From positions 1-64,000 of the forward strand of contig JAVRCV020000064.1 in assembly GCA_034530615.2 (NCBI GenBank): a DNA stretch of 64,000 nucleotides, given 5' to 3'. A model generated the notes under the pieces. The model was not told where the DNA came from and ran no database searches. It saw nothing but the letters and a program-made list of their open reading frames with translations. This DNA comes from Aulosira sp. ZfuVER01. GTDB lineage: Bacteria; Cyanobacteriota; Cyanobacteriia; Cyanobacteriales; Nostocaceae. A program made the position numbers and the translations under genes. Positions 61,917-64,000 of the stretch are shown here, in pieces (position 1 is the stretch's first letter; each line of letters begins with the position of its first letter).

Positions 61917-62285
61917 ATGGCTCAAACACACACGATTAGAGTTCACGATCGCCATTCTGGCAAAGAATACACCCTACAAGTGCCAGAAGACCGCTACATA
62001 TTGCACAGCGCCGAACACCAAGGAACAGAATTGCCGTTTTCTTGCCGTAATGGGGCTTGTACAACTTGTGCTGTGAGGGTGCTATCGGGAGAAATTTATC
62101 AACCAGAGGCAATAGGATTGTCGCCAGAGTTACGGCGCAAAGGTTATGCCCTATTATGTGTGAGTTATCCCCGTTCTGATTTGGAAGTGGAGACACAAGA
62201 CGAAGATGAAGTCTATGAACTCCAGTTTGGACGCTATTTTGCCAAGGGAAAAGTTAAGGCGGGTTTACCCTTAGATGAGGATTAA
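61917..62285 (+). CDS. 2Fe-2S ferredoxin with C-terminal extension (Fed2/FdC2-like)
   Basis: LPFSCRNGACTTC...LLCV, acidic tail DEDEVYELQFGRYF. Confidence 0.9.
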   Translation: MAQTHTIRVHDRHSGKEYTLQVPEDRYILHSAEHQGTELPFSCRNGACTTCAVRVLSGEIYQPEAIGLSPELRRKGYALLCVSYPRSDLEVETQDEDEVYELQFGRYFAKGKVKAGLPLDED

Positions 62286-62342
62286 GATTTGGGTGGCGCA
62301 AAGGTGCAAATTACGACTCTAGTGGTGCATTTTGGCGGATTA

Positions 62343-62864
62343 GTGCGGAAAATTCTAATTTTGGCTTGTCTATTACTTCTTGTGAGTTGTCAAGCCAACA
62401 ATCAGCCCGCAGCCAATCAGGTGCAGGTGAAAATAGCGCGGGTGGTGAGTGGGCAAAGTTTGGAAGTTTTAGGGATGGCTGAACAACCAAATTTAATTTC
62501 CCAGGTGCGGTTAATTGGGATTGATGCACCAGATATTCGCCACCGCCCTTGGGGAGACAACGCCAAGCAAGCCTTAGAGACACTAATTGGGGGATCGGAA
62601 CAAGTTGTAACGCTGGAGTTTGACATTCAACCCAAAGATAAAATTGGCCGGACTTTAGCCTATGTGTGGAAAGATAAGGTGTTATTGAATGAAGAATTAG
62701 TCAAACAAGGGTATGTATTATTTGTAGGGCGATCGCCTAATCACAAATATGACCAGCGTTTAGAACGTGCCCAACAATGGGCGAGAATTATGGGACAAGG
62801 AATTTGGCAACCAGAAAAACCCATGCGCCTCACGCCTGCTGAGTTTCGTCTTCAGTATCGCTAA
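62343..62864 (+). CDS. Thermonuclease (SNase) family lipoprotein
   Basis: LVSC lipobox, VRLIGIDAPD, DKIGRTLAYVW, NEELVKQG, ARIMGQGIW; start uncertain. Confidence 0.88.
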   Translation: MRKILILACLLLLVSCQANNQPAANQVQVKIARVVSGQSLEVLGMAEQPNLISQVRLIGIDAPDIRHRPWGDNAKQALETLIGGSEQVVTLEFDIQPKDKIGRTLAYVWKDKVLLNEELVKQGYVLFVGRSPNHKYDQRLERAQQWARIMGQGIWQPEKPMRLTPAEFRLQYR

Positions 62865-62972
62865 AGAGTGCTGAGTCCTAAGTAATGAGTGCTGAGTGGT
62901 TTACTTCTTGGCTCAGAACTCAGTACTCGGAACTCAGAACTGTTTTGCCCAATGACCAACGACAAATGACAA

Positions 62973-63785
62973 ATGACAAACCTACAAACTTTTCTCGACA
63001 TAGCCACAGAAGCGGCTTTAGCTGCTGGTGAAGTATTACAAGGCTACTGGGGTAAATTAGAAGACGCGATCGCAGAAAAGGGTCGTCCTGGTGATTTAGT
63101 GACCGCAGCTGATAAGGCTTCGGAAGTAGTTGTTTTGGAAGTTTTGCGTCGCCATTTTCCTCAACACTCGATTCTGGCTGAGGAATCGGGGAAACTGGGA
63201 AATCAAGACAATCAATACCTTTGGGCAATCGATCCTCTCGATGGGACAACCAATTACGCTCACCAATACCCTGCTTTTGCGGTTTCTATTGGGTTGTTAA
63301 TTAATGGTGTTCCCCAAGTAGGTGTAATCTATAACCCCTTCCACAATGAGCTATTTCGGGCGGCGGCTGGCTTGGGTGCCACACGTAACCGCCGATCCAT
63401 CAAAGTTTCCGATACTTCGGAACTAGGTAAAAGCCTACTAGTGTCAGGATTTGCCTACGATCGCCGGGAAACATCTGATAATAACTATGCAGAATTTTGT
63501 CATTTCACCCATCTGACTCAAGGCGTGAGGCGCAGTGGTTCAGCAGCAATGGATTTAGCTTATGTTGCTTGTGGGCGTTTTGATGGCTATTGGGAAAGGG
63601 GACTTTCTCCTTGGGATATGGCTGCTGGCATTATTATCCTGCAAGAAGCTGGCGGTAAGGTGACTGCCTACGATGGCAGTCCTTTCAAAATTGAGTCAGG
63701 TAGAATTCTGGCTACTAATGGTTATCTTCACGAAAGCCTCAGTCAGGAATTGATGCAAGTTCGTCCACTGTCAAGTTGGACTTGA
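62973..63785 (+). CDS. suhB: Inositol monophosphatase family protein
   Basis: DLVTAAD..SE, ILAEES, WAIDPLDGTTNY, GSAAMDLAYVACG, WDMAAG. Confidence 0.93.
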   Translation: MTNLQTFLDIATEAALAAGEVLQGYWGKLEDAIAEKGRPGDLVTAADKASEVVVLEVLRRHFPQHSILAEESGKLGNQDNQYLWAIDPLDGTTNYAHQYPAFAVSIGLLINGVPQVGVIYNPFHNELFRAAAGLGATRNRRSIKVSDTSELGKSLLVSGFAYDRRETSDNNYAEFCHFTHLTQGVRRSGSAAMDLAYVACGRFDGYWERGLSPWDMAAGIIILQEAGGKVTAYDGSPFKIESGRILATNGYLHESLSQELMQVRPLSSWT

Positions 63786-63895
63786 GGAAATTAACTATTT
63801 CAGGGTATGACTTTTAACAATTCACCACTGACAGATCCCTATTGTAGCGAAGTAAACTAGAACAATATTTCGCTGAAATTGGTGCATACCCTTTT

Positions 63896-64000
63896 ATGTC
63901 ATTAAGAATAGATCGTGGACTTTTTAAATACGATTTCATAGACCATCATGCAGTTTTGTGCATTCCCGTGGATGCAGATGTCAAAGATATTCGCAAACGC
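63896..64000 (+). CDS. J-domain protein (N-terminal fragment, runs off window)
   Basis: MSLRIDRGLFKYDFIDHHAVLCIPVDADVKDIRKR resembles J-domain helix I-II (D.Y.VL.v...A....I.K). Confidence 0.65.
   Translation, partial: MSLRIDRGLFKYDFIDHHAVLCIPVDADVKDIRKR

Larger units (their letters stand above)
4619..63473. repeat. HIP1 octamer GCGATCGC dispersed throughout
   Basis: Many copies, e.g. near 4620, 9003, 9173, 14520, 19905, 23758, 29954, 44737, 51901, 56732, 63066. Confidence 0.95.

Overview
64 kb of chromosome from a filamentous, probably heterocyst-forming cyanobacterium (Nostocales-like). The evidence is abundant HIP1 GCGATCGC octamers, heptamer/nonamer STRR arrays, small dispersed repeats, xisH/xisI, psbZ, psaK and ado/aar. 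Most of it is core or semi-core content: kdpA-B-G/F-C, truB, a TonB receptor, recN, lpdA-trpC, a proA paralog, tRNA-Gly(GCC), psbZ-ribH, an A-adding tRNA nucleotidyltransferase, the conserved ado-aar-accA-SDR-folE / trpF cluster, tRNA-Ser(GGA) and ferredoxin-nuclease-IMPase. The best candidate for an uncharacterised system is a five-gene operon at 50.1-58.0 kb: variant SWIM Zn-finger, unknown protein, VWA/MIDAS protein, YehL-type MoxR AAA+ ATPase and a DUF5682/YehM-like protein carrying TraB/TIKI-like metal-hydrolase motifs. Other notable items: a P460-fold cytochrome with Met in place of the cross-link Lys, carrying nested mini mobile repeats in frame; two probable pseudo-enzymes (ProA paralog without the catalytic Cys, degenerate adenylate cyclase); a domain-within-domain insertion in an RTX surface protein; and near-identical inverted ~140-bp elements bracketing ribH-psbZ. 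No CRISPR array, rRNA, integrase or transposase was seen. All family assignments come from motif recognition by eye, not database searches.
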